From IMG/VR virus record IMGVR_UViG_3300025687_000022: a stretch of 64,000 bases of DNA; one strand, given 5' to 3'. The number at the start of each line of letters is the position of its first letter. Positions within the stretch are counted from its first letter, which is position 1. The DNA is from a virus. Shown piece after piece: positions 30,175 to 41,189 of this stretch. Under the pieces are notes generated by a model. The model saw nothing but the letters and a program-made list of their open reading frames with translations. It was not told the origin of the DNA and ran no database searches. A program made the position numbers and the translations under genes.

Positions 30175-30678
30175 TTAGATTTTGATCATGCCAGCTTTAA
30201 TGGGATCAAAATCATCATCAAAAACAGTAGCTTCGTTGTATACAGCGTCGGTCAGGTTAGCGCATCTCAGGTCAGCGCGAAGGTCAGCGCTGGACAGGTT
30301 AGCGCCAGTCAGGTTGGCGTGGTACAAGATAGCGTTGGTCAGGTCAGCGCCGGTCAGGTCAGCGGTTCTCAGGTCAGCGCTGGTCAGAAAAGCGCAATAC
30401 AGGTCAGCGTCAATCAGGTTAGCGTCAATCAGGATAGCGCGGTACAGGTTAGCGGATCTCAGGTTAGCGCCGGTCAGGTTAGCGCATCTCAGGTCAGCGC
30501 GGGTCAGGTCAGCGCGGGTCAGGTCAGCGCGGGTCAGGTCAGCGCGTCTCAGGTTAGCGGATCTCAGGTTAGCGTTGGTCAGGTTAGCGCGGGTCAGGTC
30601 GCTATTTGAAAAGTCAACCTCTTTCAAGTCAGAGCCTTCAAAGTTAAATCTTTGAAACCAGCCGTTTGATAGATTCAT
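30175..30678 (-). CDS. Pentapeptide repeat protein (PRP-1)
   Basis: A[DN]Lxx repeats; constant MNLSNGWFQ start and FDPIKAGMIK end. Confidence 0.92.
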   Translation of the reverse strand: MNLSNGWFQRFNFEGSDLKEVDFSNSDLTRANLTNANLRSANLRRADLTRADLTRADLTRADLRCANLTGANLRSANLYRAILIDANLIDADLYCAFLTSADLRTADLTGADLTNAILYHANLTGANLSSADLRADLRCANLTDAVYNEATVFDDDFDPIKAGMIKI

Positions 30679-30738
30679 GACCTTTCCTTTGTGGTGTCAA
30701 CAATATAACCGACTGCACAAATCTGTCAAGAACTTTTT

Positions 30739-31200
30739 TTAGGTTTTGATCATACCAGCCTTAATGAGATCGAAATTATTAGGAAAAACAGTAGCTTCAC
30801 TGTATTTAGCGTATGTCAGGTCAGCGTATGTCAGGTTAGCGTGTTTCAGGTTAGCGTCAATCAGGATAGCGCCAAACAGGTTAGCGTGTTTCAGGTTAGC
30901 GTCAATCAGGATAGCGCGGTACAGGTTAGCGGATCTCAGGTTAGCGCCGGTCAGGTTAGCGCATCTCAGGTCAGCGCGGGTCAGGTCAGCGCGGGTCAGG
31001 TCAGCGCGGGTCAGGTCAGCGCTGATCAGGTTAGCGTAATACAGGTTAGCGTATCTCAGGTCAGCGCCAGACAAGCTAGCGGATCTCAGGTTAGCGGATC
31101 TCAGGTTAGCGCGGGTCAGGTCGCTATTTGAAAAGTCAGCTTCTTTCAAGTCAGAGCCTTCAAAGTTAAAGTTTTGAAACCAGCCGTTTGATAGATTCAT
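30739..31200 (-). CDS. Pentapeptide repeat protein (PRP-2)
   Basis: As PRP-1. Confidence 0.92.
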   Translation of the reverse strand: MNLSNGWFQNFNFEGSDLKEADFSNSDLTRANLRSANLRSASLSGADLRYANLYYANLISADLTRADLTRADLTRADLRCANLTGANLRSANLYRAILIDANLKHANLFGAILIDANLKHANLTYADLTYAKYSEATVFPNNFDLIKAGMIKT

Positions 31201-31819
31201 GACCTTTCCTTTATGGTGTCAACAATATAACCTGCTAGTGAGAACTGTCAACCTTTTTTCTACAAGCCTTCTTAGATTTTTCGGCTCGCTTGTTTTTAGC
31301 CGTATATGCACGCCGGTTATGAGCATGCACGGCGAGCCAGTTACGAGACTTAATCTTCTTCACTTTCTTCATTTTCTTCAACCTTTGCGAGATCATATCT
31401 CGCTTTTAGTAGAATATCAGGGATCCAGCTTTGTCTACCATTTTGAAAAATCAAGTATTCTACACGTCTTAGGGATTTCTTTTGCCACATTCCAGGCTTT
31501 TTACCGTAGATGGATTTATGCCGACGATTTACCCGGATCTCCAAAACAATCGCCGGTTCTCCTCCGTCTACTGGTATCAACAAATCTCCTGGCTTTGGAT
31601 TATTCATTTTTCTTCTCTCATGAGACTATATAACACTTCTTCAGAGAAGCGCAAGGTCTTTTTCTTTTTTTCAAAATAAACTTCGTAAGAACCTTTATGA
31701 TCGTTATTTGTAATATAGCCTACGCCAAGATGTTCAGATACTATAGCGCTCAAGCTTTTGTTGTAAACAACTAGCTCGCCTAAGAAAAACTTAGGCGAGC
31801 AACCCTCAACGCTCACAAG

Positions 31820-32884
31820 TTAGCTCTCAACCTTGATTAGCTTGACGATCTGGTCAGCGATCAGGGGGTGAATCGCCTTCACAAGTGAGATATTGTTAGC
31901 AGCGCCCATCACAGCCCAAAGCTTGAGAGCGACCTCAGAGGGAAGGGCGATGAAATACTCAGCGAGGTTAACGATCCGATCCTGACTCCAATCAGACTCC
32001 GAGAAGATGCCGGAAGCAGTAAGCTTTTCGACCATAGCGGAGTGATCGTTGATCCCCCAAGAGCTAGTACGGTCAATCTGTCCCCGGTCAATCAGATCTT
32101 CAACCGACACTTGATACTGATAGTTGTTGACAAAATCGCGAAGCTTGATAGCCGCTTCGAAGCCAACAAAACCCATAGCAAGGTTGAAGAGCACATTTAG
32201 ATCTGCGCCTTGCTTAAAGACGTTAGCACTAGTACCAACTCCATTGAAGCGAACCCAGGAGCGGCGAGAAGGGTAAACTTTGTTAGGCTCGTGCTCGCCG
32301 CCGTGCTCAAGGTGAGCACGCTCCGCGTTGATGAAATCCCAAAGGATAGGATCAACCTTGCCATTCGCCCAATTGAGCCAGTCTTCAACGGACGGCTCAA
32401 TATCATAGACTGTCCAGCGGTCAAGTTCAGCAGGGTCCATTTCACCAACCTGATACTGCGCTCCATTTTCACCACCATTGACAGCGGCGAGCACAAGGGT
32501 TCCTGGGTGAAGATGCCAGCCGTTGATCTTGCGAGAGTCAGTCAACTCGAAAAGCCCTTGTCGAACCTCCACAGTCGCGCGGTCAACTTCATCCAAGAAG
32601 AGAACAACCGGCTCAGTGCAAGCGGTGACAAGCCAATCGGGCGCATTCCACGTTGTAGCCTTGCGACCATCGGAGAGGTCGGCGGTGTCGGGAAGACCAA
32701 GCAGATCACCTTCTGTCATTTGAGAAGCGCGGCGCTCTACCACGTCGAGCCCACGTCGTGCAGCGGTCTGATAGACAACTTCAGACTTACCGACACCGTG
32801 GCGACCACGGATAAGGACCGGGAAACGAGCGTCAAGAACGTGGTCAATAAAACCAAGGAAGGTTGCAAAGTCGATGGTAGCCAT
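31820..32884 (-). CDS. MoxR-like AAA+ ATPase
   Basis: Walker A GRHGVGKS, Walker B LFLDEVDR, MDPAELDRW, PSRRSW. Confidence 0.9.
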   Translation of the reverse strand: MATIDFATFLGFIDHVLDARFPVLIRGRHGVGKSEVVYQTAARRGLDVVERRASQMTEGDLLGLPDTADLSDGRKATTWNAPDWLVTACTEPVVLFLDEVDRATVEVRQGLFELTDSRKINGWHLHPGTLVLAAVNGGENGAQYQVGEMDPAELDRWTVYDIEPSVEDWLNWANGKVDPILWDFINAERAHLEHGGEHEPNKVYPSRRSWVRFNGVGTSANVFKQGADLNVLFNLAMGFVGFEAAIKLRDFVNNYQYQVSVEDLIDRGQIDRTSSWGINDHSAMVEKLTASGIFSESDWSQDRIVNLAEYFIALPSEVALKLWAVMGAANNISLVKAIHPLIADQIVKLIKVES

Positions 32885-33336
32885 TTCTACTCTCCTCTTT
32901 AGTACATAGCTAATGTAGCTTGTTTGGGTTTGTCTGTCAAGAACTTTTTTATTTTTTTAAAGTTCTTCTCTCTCGTTCATTTACAATATAACCTGATAGT
33001 TCAATCTGTCAAGAAGTTTTTTTATTCTTCTGAAAAGTCAATCTCGTTGAAGGCTTCTCGCAATGCGTGCTCCCAACCATCTACAAAGTTTTGACTATTC
33101 GAGGTAGCCCAAGTTACTATAGTGCTTCGCCACCCGTTTTCAATAGAGAATCCGTATCTATCCCCTTCCTTGAAGAAGACAATGACATAGGAGCATCCAC
33201 CAGTTTCAACGTAAGTCTCAATATCGAAATAGTGTTTTGTAGCCGAAAGAACAGCATTAATCTCATCTTCAAACATTGATAACTCCTCTTGTCTACAACA
33301 ATATAACATGCCGTGGTAGGCTGTCAAGAACTTTTT

Positions 33337-33813
33337 TTAGACTTTGATCATGCGAGCCTTAATGGGATCAAAATTAATAGGAAAAACAGTAGCTTCACTG
33401 TATTTAGCGCGGGTCAGCTTAGTGCGGAAAAGGTCAGCACCTCTCAGGTAAGCGCCAATCAGGTAAGCGCCGGTCAGGCAAGTGTATGACAGATTAGCGT
33501 ATCTCAGGTTAGCGCTGGTCAGGTTAGCGCCGATCAGGTAAGCGCCGTGCAGGTTAGCGCCGGTCAGGTAAGCGTATCTCAGGTTAGCGCTGGTCAGGTT
33601 AGCGTTGGTCAGGTTAGCACCTCTCAGGTTAGCGCCAATCAGGTAAGCGCCGTGCAGGTAAGTGTATGACAGATTAGCGTTGGTCAGGTTAGCACCTCTC
33701 AGGTTAGCGCCAATCAGGTTAGCGTCGGTCAGGTCGCTATTTGAAAAGTCAACTTCTTTCAAGTCAGAGCCTTCAAAGTTAAAGTTTTGAAACCAACCGT
33801 TTGATAGATTCAT
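33337..33813 (-). CDS. Pentapeptide repeat protein (PRP-3)
   Basis: As PRP-1. Confidence 0.92.
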   Translation of the reverse strand: MNLSNGWFQNFNFEGSDLKEVDFSNSDLTDANLIGANLRGANLTNANLSYTYLHGAYLIGANLRGANLTNANLTSANLRYAYLTGANLHGAYLIGANLTSANLRYANLSYTCLTGAYLIGAYLRGADLFRTKLTRAKYSEATVFPINFDPIKARMIKV

Positions 33814-33872
33814 GACCTTTCCTTTTTGGTGCTAACAATGTAACGCGCTGCGAGAATAAGTCAAGAACTTTT

Positions 33873-35099
33873 TTAATTAATCGCGATCACCCGCTCATTT
33901 GTCTGGAAATACGGGCGGCTAGCTCCGTTCTGATCGGTTAGCCACATGCGCTGGCATCGACTGGCAACAGGCTTAGGAGCCATCATATCGGTCAGGATGA
34001 TGTGACCGTCAAAATTACGTTCATTGACATAGTTAGTTGGGGCGTTGAAGCAAGTGCCACCAGTCAAAACGCGCTCCCAAACACGACTTTCGCCGCGCTT
34101 CCAAGTGTAAACCTTGTCTTCAGCTACCTCAGTATCAAACGGGATCACAGTAAACTCCGCGATGGTCGCCAAATTGTTAAGTTCACTAAAGAAAGCAGCG
34201 AGCATAGCGTCAGATACAGAGCCAGACTGATCGATGCTGATAGCGATCTTAGCGTGTCGCCGCACGCGCTTACCGGGGTGAATCTTGGGGAAACGTCGAT
34301 TGATACGCCTGGGTGTAGAGCGCTTATCGGCGCGCTGAGAAGTCTTGACAAAGTATCTCAGGACAGAGCGCCAGTCAATATGAGTAGCGATTGAATCCAT
34401 GATACGCTTGCGCATCGACGCCGAGACAGAGCCCCAATTGTTAGACTTTGAAGCCTCTTCTGCTGCATCCCTCACAGCTTGCTTTAGACGCTCGGCAGCT
34501 ACAGCAGCGTCAGTCCCGGAAGCCTGCCCAAAACCCTCGTGAGAGTCCATAGAGTCTACGTCGCCAAGCCCGTCGCCGCCACCATCGCCGCCGCCGCTGT
34601 TCGGATCCTGTTCAAACTTTTCTTCAAGCATTTGCTTGTAATACTCATAAGACTTTTCGGAAGGGAAATCCGCGAACATTCCTTCGCCGGGGATACAGCC
34701 CCTCATAGGCTCGGAGGAGCCAGGAAGTACAGGACCGGGGCAAGACTCACCAGGGATCTTGTTACGCATTTCAGGCAGACCATTGATCGCAAGGTCCATA
34801 GCGATATTGTCAATCTTCTGAATACCCCCTTCTGGCTTACGGAGAAGAACATGCTCAAAGATAATGTGATAAAACTCATGCATTAGCACGCCAAGCTTGT
34901 GTTGCTCGCTCAGTTGCGCAAAAAACTCAGGGTTGTAAAGCAACTCAAACTGTTGACGATGCTCATTAAAGTGAACACCGGCAGTAGGCAGCGCCGTGCT
35001 AGCGGTCTTGTCAATACGCCGAGACAGAGCAGCAAAGAATGGCTCTTGTAGAAGCAGGCGCGCAGTATGCATGTTGAGGTCAAAGTTTTTGTTCTTCAT
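33873..35099 (-). CDS. Metallopeptidase-like plus VWA domain protein (DUF2201-like), MoxR partner
   Basis: HEFYH, NIAMDLAIN, MIDAS DQSGS, GGTCF, LTD. Confidence 0.88.
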   Translation of the reverse strand: MKNKNFDLNMHTARLLLQEPFFAALSRRIDKTASTALPTAGVHFNEHRQQFELLYNPEFFAQLSEQHKLGVLMHEFYHIIFEHVLLRKPEGGIQKIDNIAMDLAINGLPEMRNKIPGESCPGPVLPGSSEPMRGCIPGEGMFADFPSEKSYEYYKQMLEEKFEQDPNSGGGDGGGDGLGDVDSMDSHEGFGQASGTDAAVAAERLKQAVRDAAEEASKSNNWGSVSASMRKRIMDSIATHIDWRSVLRYFVKTSQRADKRSTPRRINRRFPKIHPGKRVRRHAKIAISIDQSGSVSDAMLAAFFSELNNLATIAEFTVIPFDTEVAEDKVYTWKRGESRVWERVLTGGTCFNAPTNYVNERNFDGHIILTDMMAPKPVASRCQRMWLTDQNGASRPYFQTNERVIAIN

Positions 35100-35160
35100 G
35101 CTCTTCTCCTTTTTGGTATTTACAATATAACCTGCTATGAGAATCTGTCAAGAACTTTTT

Positions 35161-35844
35161 TTAAGGTTTTCTAACTTCTTTCCAGAAGTCTAAGATCTGC
35201 CGATCTTCGCCGGAAAGCCAACCATCAGGAATGTCAAAATCACCTGGAATTGCAGAAATATTTTCATCAATGCTGGGGGTTCGAAGCAGATGCGATGATG
35301 TTCTCGCTGAAAGGCTATTAAGGTCCACAAAATTCCAGCATGCAAGTTTTGGATCCCACATGGGGAAAGTGCCATTTACTTGGGGCAGTCTAAAATACGA
35401 GACTGCTGTGCGACCAATATCATAAGATGGTCGAGTGAGAACATAAACAGCATGTCGGCTGTAGCTGCCACAATGGCAGGTGGTGAGCTTAAGAGAAATA
35501 GACTCAAGCAAATGCGGCATTCTAACAGACTTGCCATTATACCTTGTATATGCGAAGACCAGCGACCCAGGACCGATACCAGCCTCTTGAAAAATCTTAA
35601 TGATACCAGACCTATACTTTGCATTTTCGGCATAAGCCTTTTGCAAATCTTGGTTCAAAATAGGGCAATTTCTACGGTTATGGTCAAAACTACCGTCGAG
35701 CACGCCTTTCCAGTTACAGTAACTGCAACGCCGCTTATTGACGACGGTGACCTCGGTGGTGTCCGCTACACGGGTCTGAATACCCGAAGGACAAGTGCGT
35801 CGGTTATGTCCGGTGTTTCCACAGTATCCGCAGCGTCTAGCCAT
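35161..35844 (-). CDS. Zinc-knuckle (CCHC) protein
   Basis: CGYCGNTGHNRRTC and CSYC...HNRRNC. Confidence 0.75.
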   Translation of the reverse strand: MARRCGYCGNTGHNRRTCPSGIQTRVADTTEVTVVNKRRCSYCNWKGVLDGSFDHNRRNCPILNQDLQKAYAENAKYRSGIIKIFQEAGIGPGSLVFAYTRYNGKSVRMPHLLESISLKLTTCHCGSYSRHAVYVLTRPSYDIGRTAVSYFRLPQVNGTFPMWDPKLACWNFVDLNSLSARTSSHLLRTPSIDENISAIPGDFDIPDGWLSGEDRQILDFWKEVRKP

Positions 35845-35910
35845 TTTGAGGCTCCTTCTTTCTTGTTCTTTTGCAATATAACCGACTGCACAAATCTGTC
35901 AAGAACTTTT

Positions 35911-36552
35911 TTAAGGTTTTCTTGAATTTCTCCAAAGCTGAGAGATCGCAGGATTATATCCTGCCAACCATGAATCAGAAGCGTTAAAACTTCCTGCTGT
36001 CAAACATGCATTATGGTTGATATGCCTGTCAAGCGTATAATGGGATACAGTTTTGATCCATTGACTTGCATCTTCATCCCAAATCCAAGTTTCACCATTA
36101 ACAATCGGCATAAGGGCGTTGATTTGCCGGAATCGACCGATTTCGCTCAATGGGCTTGCTGTGAAAGCAGGAAGCCAGCTACCAACATGAGTTGAAAACG
36201 TATCCCAAGACAAAGAACGAATAATATAGGGTCTTTCGCAAGCTACGTATTTGTTGTCCGCAGACCAACCATATTCGCTCCTGACAATCAGCGAGCCAGG
36301 ACCAACACCATTTTCTGACAAAATTTCAATTGCGCCTTTGCGATAGATTGAGTTAATGCGGTACGCTTCTTGCAAGTCTGCCTTTAGGGTCGGGCAGTTT
36401 CTACGGTTATGGTCAGAGCTACCCTCATAAATGCCTTTCCAATTACAGTAACTGCAACGAGGCTTAGGATCTCTTTTTTTAGCTTCGTCTGAACGCCGAG
36501 GACAAGAGCGCCGGTTATGACCAGCACCGTAACACCATGAGCAGTTTGCCAT
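35911..36552 (-). CDS. Zinc-knuckle (CCHC) protein, tandem paralog
   Basis: CSWCYGAGHNRRSC and CSYC...HNRRNC; upstream element nearly identical to that of 35844. Confidence 0.75.
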   Translation of the reverse strand: MANCSWCYGAGHNRRSCPRRSDEAKKRDPKPRCSYCNWKGIYEGSSDHNRRNCPTLKADLQEAYRINSIYRKGAIEILSENGVGPGSLIVRSEYGWSADNKYVACERPYIIRSLSWDTFSTHVGSWLPAFTASPLSEIGRFRQINALMPIVNGETWIWDEDASQWIKTVSHYTLDRHINHNACLTAGSFNASDSWLAGYNPAISQLWRNSRKP

Positions 36553-36620
36553 TTTTTTAGGCTCCTTCTTTCTTGTTCTTTTGCAATATAACCGACTGCA
36601 CAAATCTGTCAAGAACTTTT

Positions 36621-37022
36621 TTAGGTTTTGATCATGTCAGCCTTAACAGGTCCAAAACCGCCAGGAAAAACAGTAGCTTCGTTGTATACAGCGTTGGTCA
36701 GGTTAGCGGATCTCAGGTTAGCGCCAGACAGGTTAGCGGATCTCAGGTTAGCGGATCTCAGGTCAGCGCCGGTCAGGTCAGCGCCGGTCAGGTCAGCGCC
36801 AAACAGGTTAGCAGATCTCAGGTCAGCGCCAGTCAGGTCAGCGCCAGACAAGCTAGTGCGGGTCAGGTTAGCGTCTCTCAGGTCAGCGTCTCTCAGGTCA
36901 GCGTCTCTCAGGTAAGCGCCATACAGGTTAGCCAATCTCAGATCGCTATTTGAGAAATTGACTTCTTTCAAGTCAGAGCCTTCAAAGTTAAAGTTTTGAA
37001 ACCAACCATTTGATAGATTCAT
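36621..37022 (-). CDS. Pentapeptide repeat protein (PRP-4)
   Basis: As PRP-1. Confidence 0.92.
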   Translation of the reverse strand: MNLSNGWFQNFNFEGSDLKEVNFSNSDLRLANLYGAYLRDADLRDADLRDANLTRTSLSGADLTGADLRSANLFGADLTGADLTGADLRSANLRSANLSGANLRSANLTNAVYNEATVFPGGFGPVKADMIKT

Positions 37023-37090
37023 GACCTTTTCCTTTGTGGTGCTAACAATATAGCCGGATATGAAAACCTGTCAAGAAGAAAATAAAAAAA

Positions 37091-37239
37091 GTAGCTGAGA
37101 GGATAAGCCGCTGTTTTCGCCGCGTAACATCGCTATCCGCCCTTTAAATTTGCCTTTACGTAAAAACACACCTTACGATTGGCTTGGTTCGTTGACGGCT
37201 ATGAACCAAATAATAGCATATCTTTACCCTCTCAGCTAC
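37091..37239 (-). ncRNA. Candidate structured ncRNA (~150 nt)
   Basis: Perfect 12-bp terminal pairing GTAGCTGAGAGG/CCTCTCAGCTAC, internal hairpins, 3-prime T-run. Confidence 0.55.
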
Positions 37240-37245
37240 ATAAAT

Positions 37246-38067
37246 TTAACTTTTCTTTCTCTTGCGAGTGGCGTTCTTTAGGTAACGCTCCTCAATCTCA
37301 ACAGGAGCAACCCCGCCAATCGGCAACACTTCATACAATTTGTTACCAACGCATGCGTTTTGTGGAACGCGAGAATTAGAACGAATAACTAAACCTAAAT
37401 TTGTTGGAAAATGCTTGCTGGTTAGTCTCGGCGCAGTATCACGAAGGCTAACCATTTCGCCGCTTTGCCATTGAGGCTCGCTGTTCCAGCCCAAAAGAAT
37501 CTTGTTAGCGTATTTATTGTTACGAATACGCTCGTAGTCTCTCTGGCTCGGAACATGGTTTTCGGGATCTGCAAAGAATTCAGTTACTTGCTTAACGAAA
37601 TAGCTTTCTGGCAAACTATGATAGTAAGTCATAAGAACGCGCCAATCTTCGCGCAGACCATCGTTAAAGGTATCACGAAAATCGTGAAAAGACTGGATAG
37701 CTGTATCCGAATAACGATCTTTAATCTGCCCAAGAATCTCATTTTGACGATCTGAAAGTTGACGACCAGAAACAACCTGCTGAACAACACTAATTACAAA
37801 ACCCTGATCCCAGCTATTCGGATTAAAACTTTCAATTTTCCCTTGAAGAGCCTGAAGCTCACTGATTACGTCTTCAGAAGCGCTAGGTTCGGGACGAGTA
37901 GCATAGCGCTCTTCCATATTTACAAAAGCATTACGTCTACCAGCGGTTAGCGTTCCCTTACGCTGATAGTAGCTAAAAAGGCTCTCAGCAAAGTTCCGAT
38001 CTCGATCGGACAGGTAGTCTTTTGCAAGAAGAGCGGTAAAGCGGTCGTGATAAGTGATGCGAGGCAT
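37246..38067 (-). CDS. Cassette hypothetical protein with C-terminal SH3-like region
   Basis: 273 aa; own promoter and RBS. Confidence 0.7.
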   Translation of the reverse strand: MPRITYHDRFTALLAKDYLSDRDRNFAESLFSYYQRKGTLTAGRRNAFVNMEERYATRPEPSASEDVISELQALQGKIESFNPNSWDQGFVISVVQQVVSGRQLSDRQNEILGQIKDRYSDTAIQSFHDFRDTFNDGLREDWRVLMTYYHSLPESYFVKQVTEFFADPENHVPSQRDYERIRNNKYANKILLGWNSEPQWQSGEMVSLRDTAPRLTSKHFPTNLGLVIRSNSRVPQNACVGNKLYEVLPIGGVAPVEIEERYLKNATRKRKKS

Positions 38068-38130
38068 TGGTTTTCTCCTTTCCGTCTTTTATAATATAAC
38101 CTGATAATTCAATCTGTCAAGAACTTTTTT

Positions 38131-38622
38131 TTAGACTTTGATCATGCCAGTCTTAACAGGATCAAAATTAGTAGGAAAAACAGTAGCTTCACCGTATTTA
38201 GCGTATCTCAGGATAGCGTCATACAGGTTAGCGCCGGTCAGGTTAGCGCCGGTCAGGTTAGCGCCGGTCAAGTTAGCGTATCTCAGGTTAGCGTCTCTCA
38301 GGTAAGCGCCGTGCAGGTTAGCGCCATACAGGTAAGCACTACTCAGGTTAGCGCCAATCAGATTAGCGCCTCTCAGGTCAGCGCCTCTCAGGTTAGCGCT
38401 GGTCAAGTAAGCGTCGGTCAGGTCAGCGCCTCTCAGGTCAGCGTCGGTCAGGTTAGCGCTGGTCAAGTAAGCGCCATACAGGTCAGCGCCGTGCAGGTTA
38501 GCGCCAATCAGGTCAGCGTCAATCAGGTTAGCGTTGGTCAGGTCACTATTTGAAAAGTCAACTTCTCTTAAGTTAGCTTCTTGAAAGTTAAAGTTTTGAA
38601 ACCAACCGTTTGATAGATTCAT
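38131..38622 (-). CDS. Pentapeptide repeat protein (PRP-5)
   Basis: As PRP-1. Confidence 0.92.
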   Translation of the reverse strand: MNLSNGWFQNFNFQEANLREVDFSNSDLTNANLIDADLIGANLHGADLYGAYLTSANLTDADLRGADLTDAYLTSANLRGADLRGANLIGANLSSAYLYGANLHGAYLRDANLRYANLTGANLTGANLTGANLYDAILRYAKYGEATVFPTNFDPVKTGMIKV

Positions 38623-39384
38623 GACCTTTCCTTTTTAGTGCCAACAATATAACCAACTATGAGAATCTGTCAAGAACTTTTTAAGCAGAGGACACAACTT
38701 TTAACATCACAGATGGGATTTTCACTTTTGAACCATTCAACAGTAAGACAACCACATGAGGGTGGGCTGTATAAAATTTTATTTTCTCGTCAAGAATAAT
38801 TCCAAGATCACCGATACGAAATAAAACGCTATTATACTTGCATTCTACTAAATCACCCGGATTCATTTGTTTCTCCGCTTTGGTTTTACCAATTTAACCG
38901 ACTGCGATAAAATGTCAAGCACTTTTTTCTAAAGAAGAGATAATAGTTAAATGATTGATATAAAAGCAAATAATTTCACCGTTTGACCAGAGAATAGAAT
39001 ATGCGTCAATCTCTGGTGCTCCCAGCAATTCTTCTTTTTTTTGAACGATACCGACACCAAGTTTTAGTAGCTCTTGAGGAAACTTATCACTCACGCGAAC
39101 CAAATCACCAGCCTTCATTTACACTCCTTACCTTGATAGATAAAGGGATTAAAAAGGTAAACTTCTTCAATAGGATAAGCGAACATTTGTTCTCCAACGA
39201 GAACAAGCCAGCTTTCAGTAATAAATTCCGATTTTTGAACTAAAACCAACAGCTTTCCTCTTATGGAGGGATAGCTCCAAGGATCTGCAAAAGCAATATC
39301 GCCAGCTTTCCATTTATTCATGCTTAGAGTATAACCTGTCTTAGAGACTTGTCAAGGATTTTTTAGCATTTCTATTGTGGAAGT

Positions 39385-40095
39385 TCAAAAAACTGTTCCA
39401 AATTTTACAAAAGGTCCGTTAGTTGCACTTATATGAAAGTCTCTTGGCTCTGACTCTCCAGCTTGTCGATGCCTGTAAATTTCTTGAACTCCCGGTACAT
39501 ACCCCGCTTCAACATAGAAATGTTCATAAGATCCTTTTAACCCAAGTTCGAATCCGGCTTGTACAGAGTAATCTAGATACTCCTCATTGTAGAGGATTCT
39601 AGACACATGGTTTTTGAATCCAAAAAATGGTTGAAAAGAATATCCATAACGAAAAGCGAAAGGTATAGCCACTCCTATTGCAAGACTAGAGCCATGAATA
39701 GGATCAGATGTTTCATAATATTTCAAGCCGTAGTAATAACTGTAACCTAGATTAAAATAAAACGCCTGACCATAAAGTCCAATTCCTCCACTAATGTATG
39801 GGGCGTCTTTCCCGCCGTTTTGATAATCATTGTAGAATGCAATTGGCTCCACCCAAAAGGCAAACTTAAAGTAATCTGGATCGTGGAAGCGATCTGCACC
39901 ATAAAAGTCTTTTGGTGTTTCTTTAATCTTTCTTTCTTCGATTGCTATTGGCTCTTGCTTAGAAACTCCTTCATGATCCGCGCACAAAGCCTCTGATGGG
40001 ACTCCTGGTATCTTTTGAATGATTTCCCCATCATTGCATGTAACAGTATTATCGGCAGATACAATCGATGTAAAAAGTAAGAAGAATGTAATCAC
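39385..40095 (-). CDS. Exported, outer-membrane beta-barrel-like protein
   Basis: Signal peptide; alternating aromatic/Gly strands; C-terminal Phe (KFGTVF). Confidence 0.55.
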   Translation of the reverse strand: MITFFLLFTSIVSADNTVTCNDGEIIQKIPGVPSEALCADHEGVSKQEPIAIEERKIKETPKDFYGADRFHDPDYFKFAFWVEPIAFYNDYQNGGKDAPYISGGIGLYGQAFYFNLGYSYYYGLKYYETSDPIHGSSLAIGVAIPFAFRYGYSFQPFFGFKNHVSRILYNEEYLDYSVQAGFELGLKGSYEHFYVEAGYVPGVQEIYRHRQAGESEPRDFHISATNGPFVKFGTVF

Positions 40096-40880
40096 TTTAC
40101 TCTCCTAAGAAAGATAAGCCAAGAGTCTGAATCGAAATCAAGAAAAAGATGATTACCTTCAGAGTCTACAAAGTCTCTATTATAACCTATGTAGACCTCT
40201 TCATCGGAGGATACAATCAGCTTGCCTATAGCAATTTCTGGGAGGGCAAAGAAGCACTTTGTTCCAACATTGAAGGATGGTCCGTAACGGTCTTTGAAAA
40301 ATGTAGAATCATTGATGTAGTCAAGAACCATATCATCTGGAACTAAAACTGTTCTGCCATTAGAAACTGTATAATCCCAATAATAGCTGCTTGTGAGATA
40401 TGGATACGCCACTAATGGCTGGCAATTTTCTGTTCCCGCTTGGTACTCTCCAAAATCACCTATGGACTCACAGCCACCACTTACTAAATTTGTAGTTCTT
40501 GGATTTTCGTAAACAACTGTACCTCTATCTCCCTCAACCACTACAATCTGGTTGAGGCGGATCTCCCCATTGTCAGGAGGAATGATACACATGTCATATG
40601 TGCCAAGAAGCAAGTAGTCATTTGTTAGAATTCCCGTTGCCATAATCAAATCTGTTGATTCTTCGGGCTCTAAACTTCCATCAGCAGCCCGCTTTGTATT
40701 GTTGCAAAGCTGCTGCCATGATGTGCGAATCTCCCTAACAACAGGCTGAGGATTATTAACAAACTCAATAGATGGTCTTATAATTTCAGCATCTATTTCC
40801 AGAGCGTCAAATTCAATATCGGTAACTGGAGAATAAATAACTTCCTGCCCGAAAGCCATATTAGTAAAAAGAAGCCACAT
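40092..40880 (-). CDS. Exported protein with CglF/GltF-like N-terminal motif
   Basis: Short signal peptide then VIYSPVTDIEFDALEIDAEIIRP. Confidence 0.4.
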   Translation of the reverse strand: MWLLFTNMAFGQEVIYSPVTDIEFDALEIDAEIIRPSIEFVNNPQPVVREIRTSWQQLCNNTKRAADGSLEPEESTDLIMATGILTNDYLLLGTYDMCIIPPDNGEIRLNQIVVVEGDRGTVVYENPRTTNLVSGGCESIGDFGEYQAGTENCQPLVAYPYLTSSYYWDYTVSNGRTVLVPDDMVLDYINDSTFFKDRYGPSFNVGTKCFFALPEIAIGKLIVSSDEEVYIGYNRDFVDSEGNHLFLDFDSDSWLIFLRRVK

Positions 40881-41189
40881 TAATTTAACTCCTGTTTTAT
40901 AACCTGTCTTAGAGACTTGTCAAGAACATTTTTCTATATGTTTCCAAGAATTGTTCCAGATTGGCAGTATCTTACCATTCCATAGAACCATTCTTTCGTA
41001 TTTGCGCCATTTATTTTTCTTTTCCCCAAGGTAAAGAAAAAACCTTGGTCCCGCTGTCGTCGCGCACCAGATATCTAGTTTACCCCCCACAATCGCAAAC
41101 CAACGATCTTCTGTATCTTTTATTTGATAAAGACATCCGATTTCAAGTTCTTCCACTTTCATCTATTGCCTCAAGCAATACAACTTAAA

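Noticed and set aside
32210-32902. 230-aa plus-strand ORF (also 59817-60509 and 56635-57078)
   Set aside because: Antisense to well-supported minus-strand genes.
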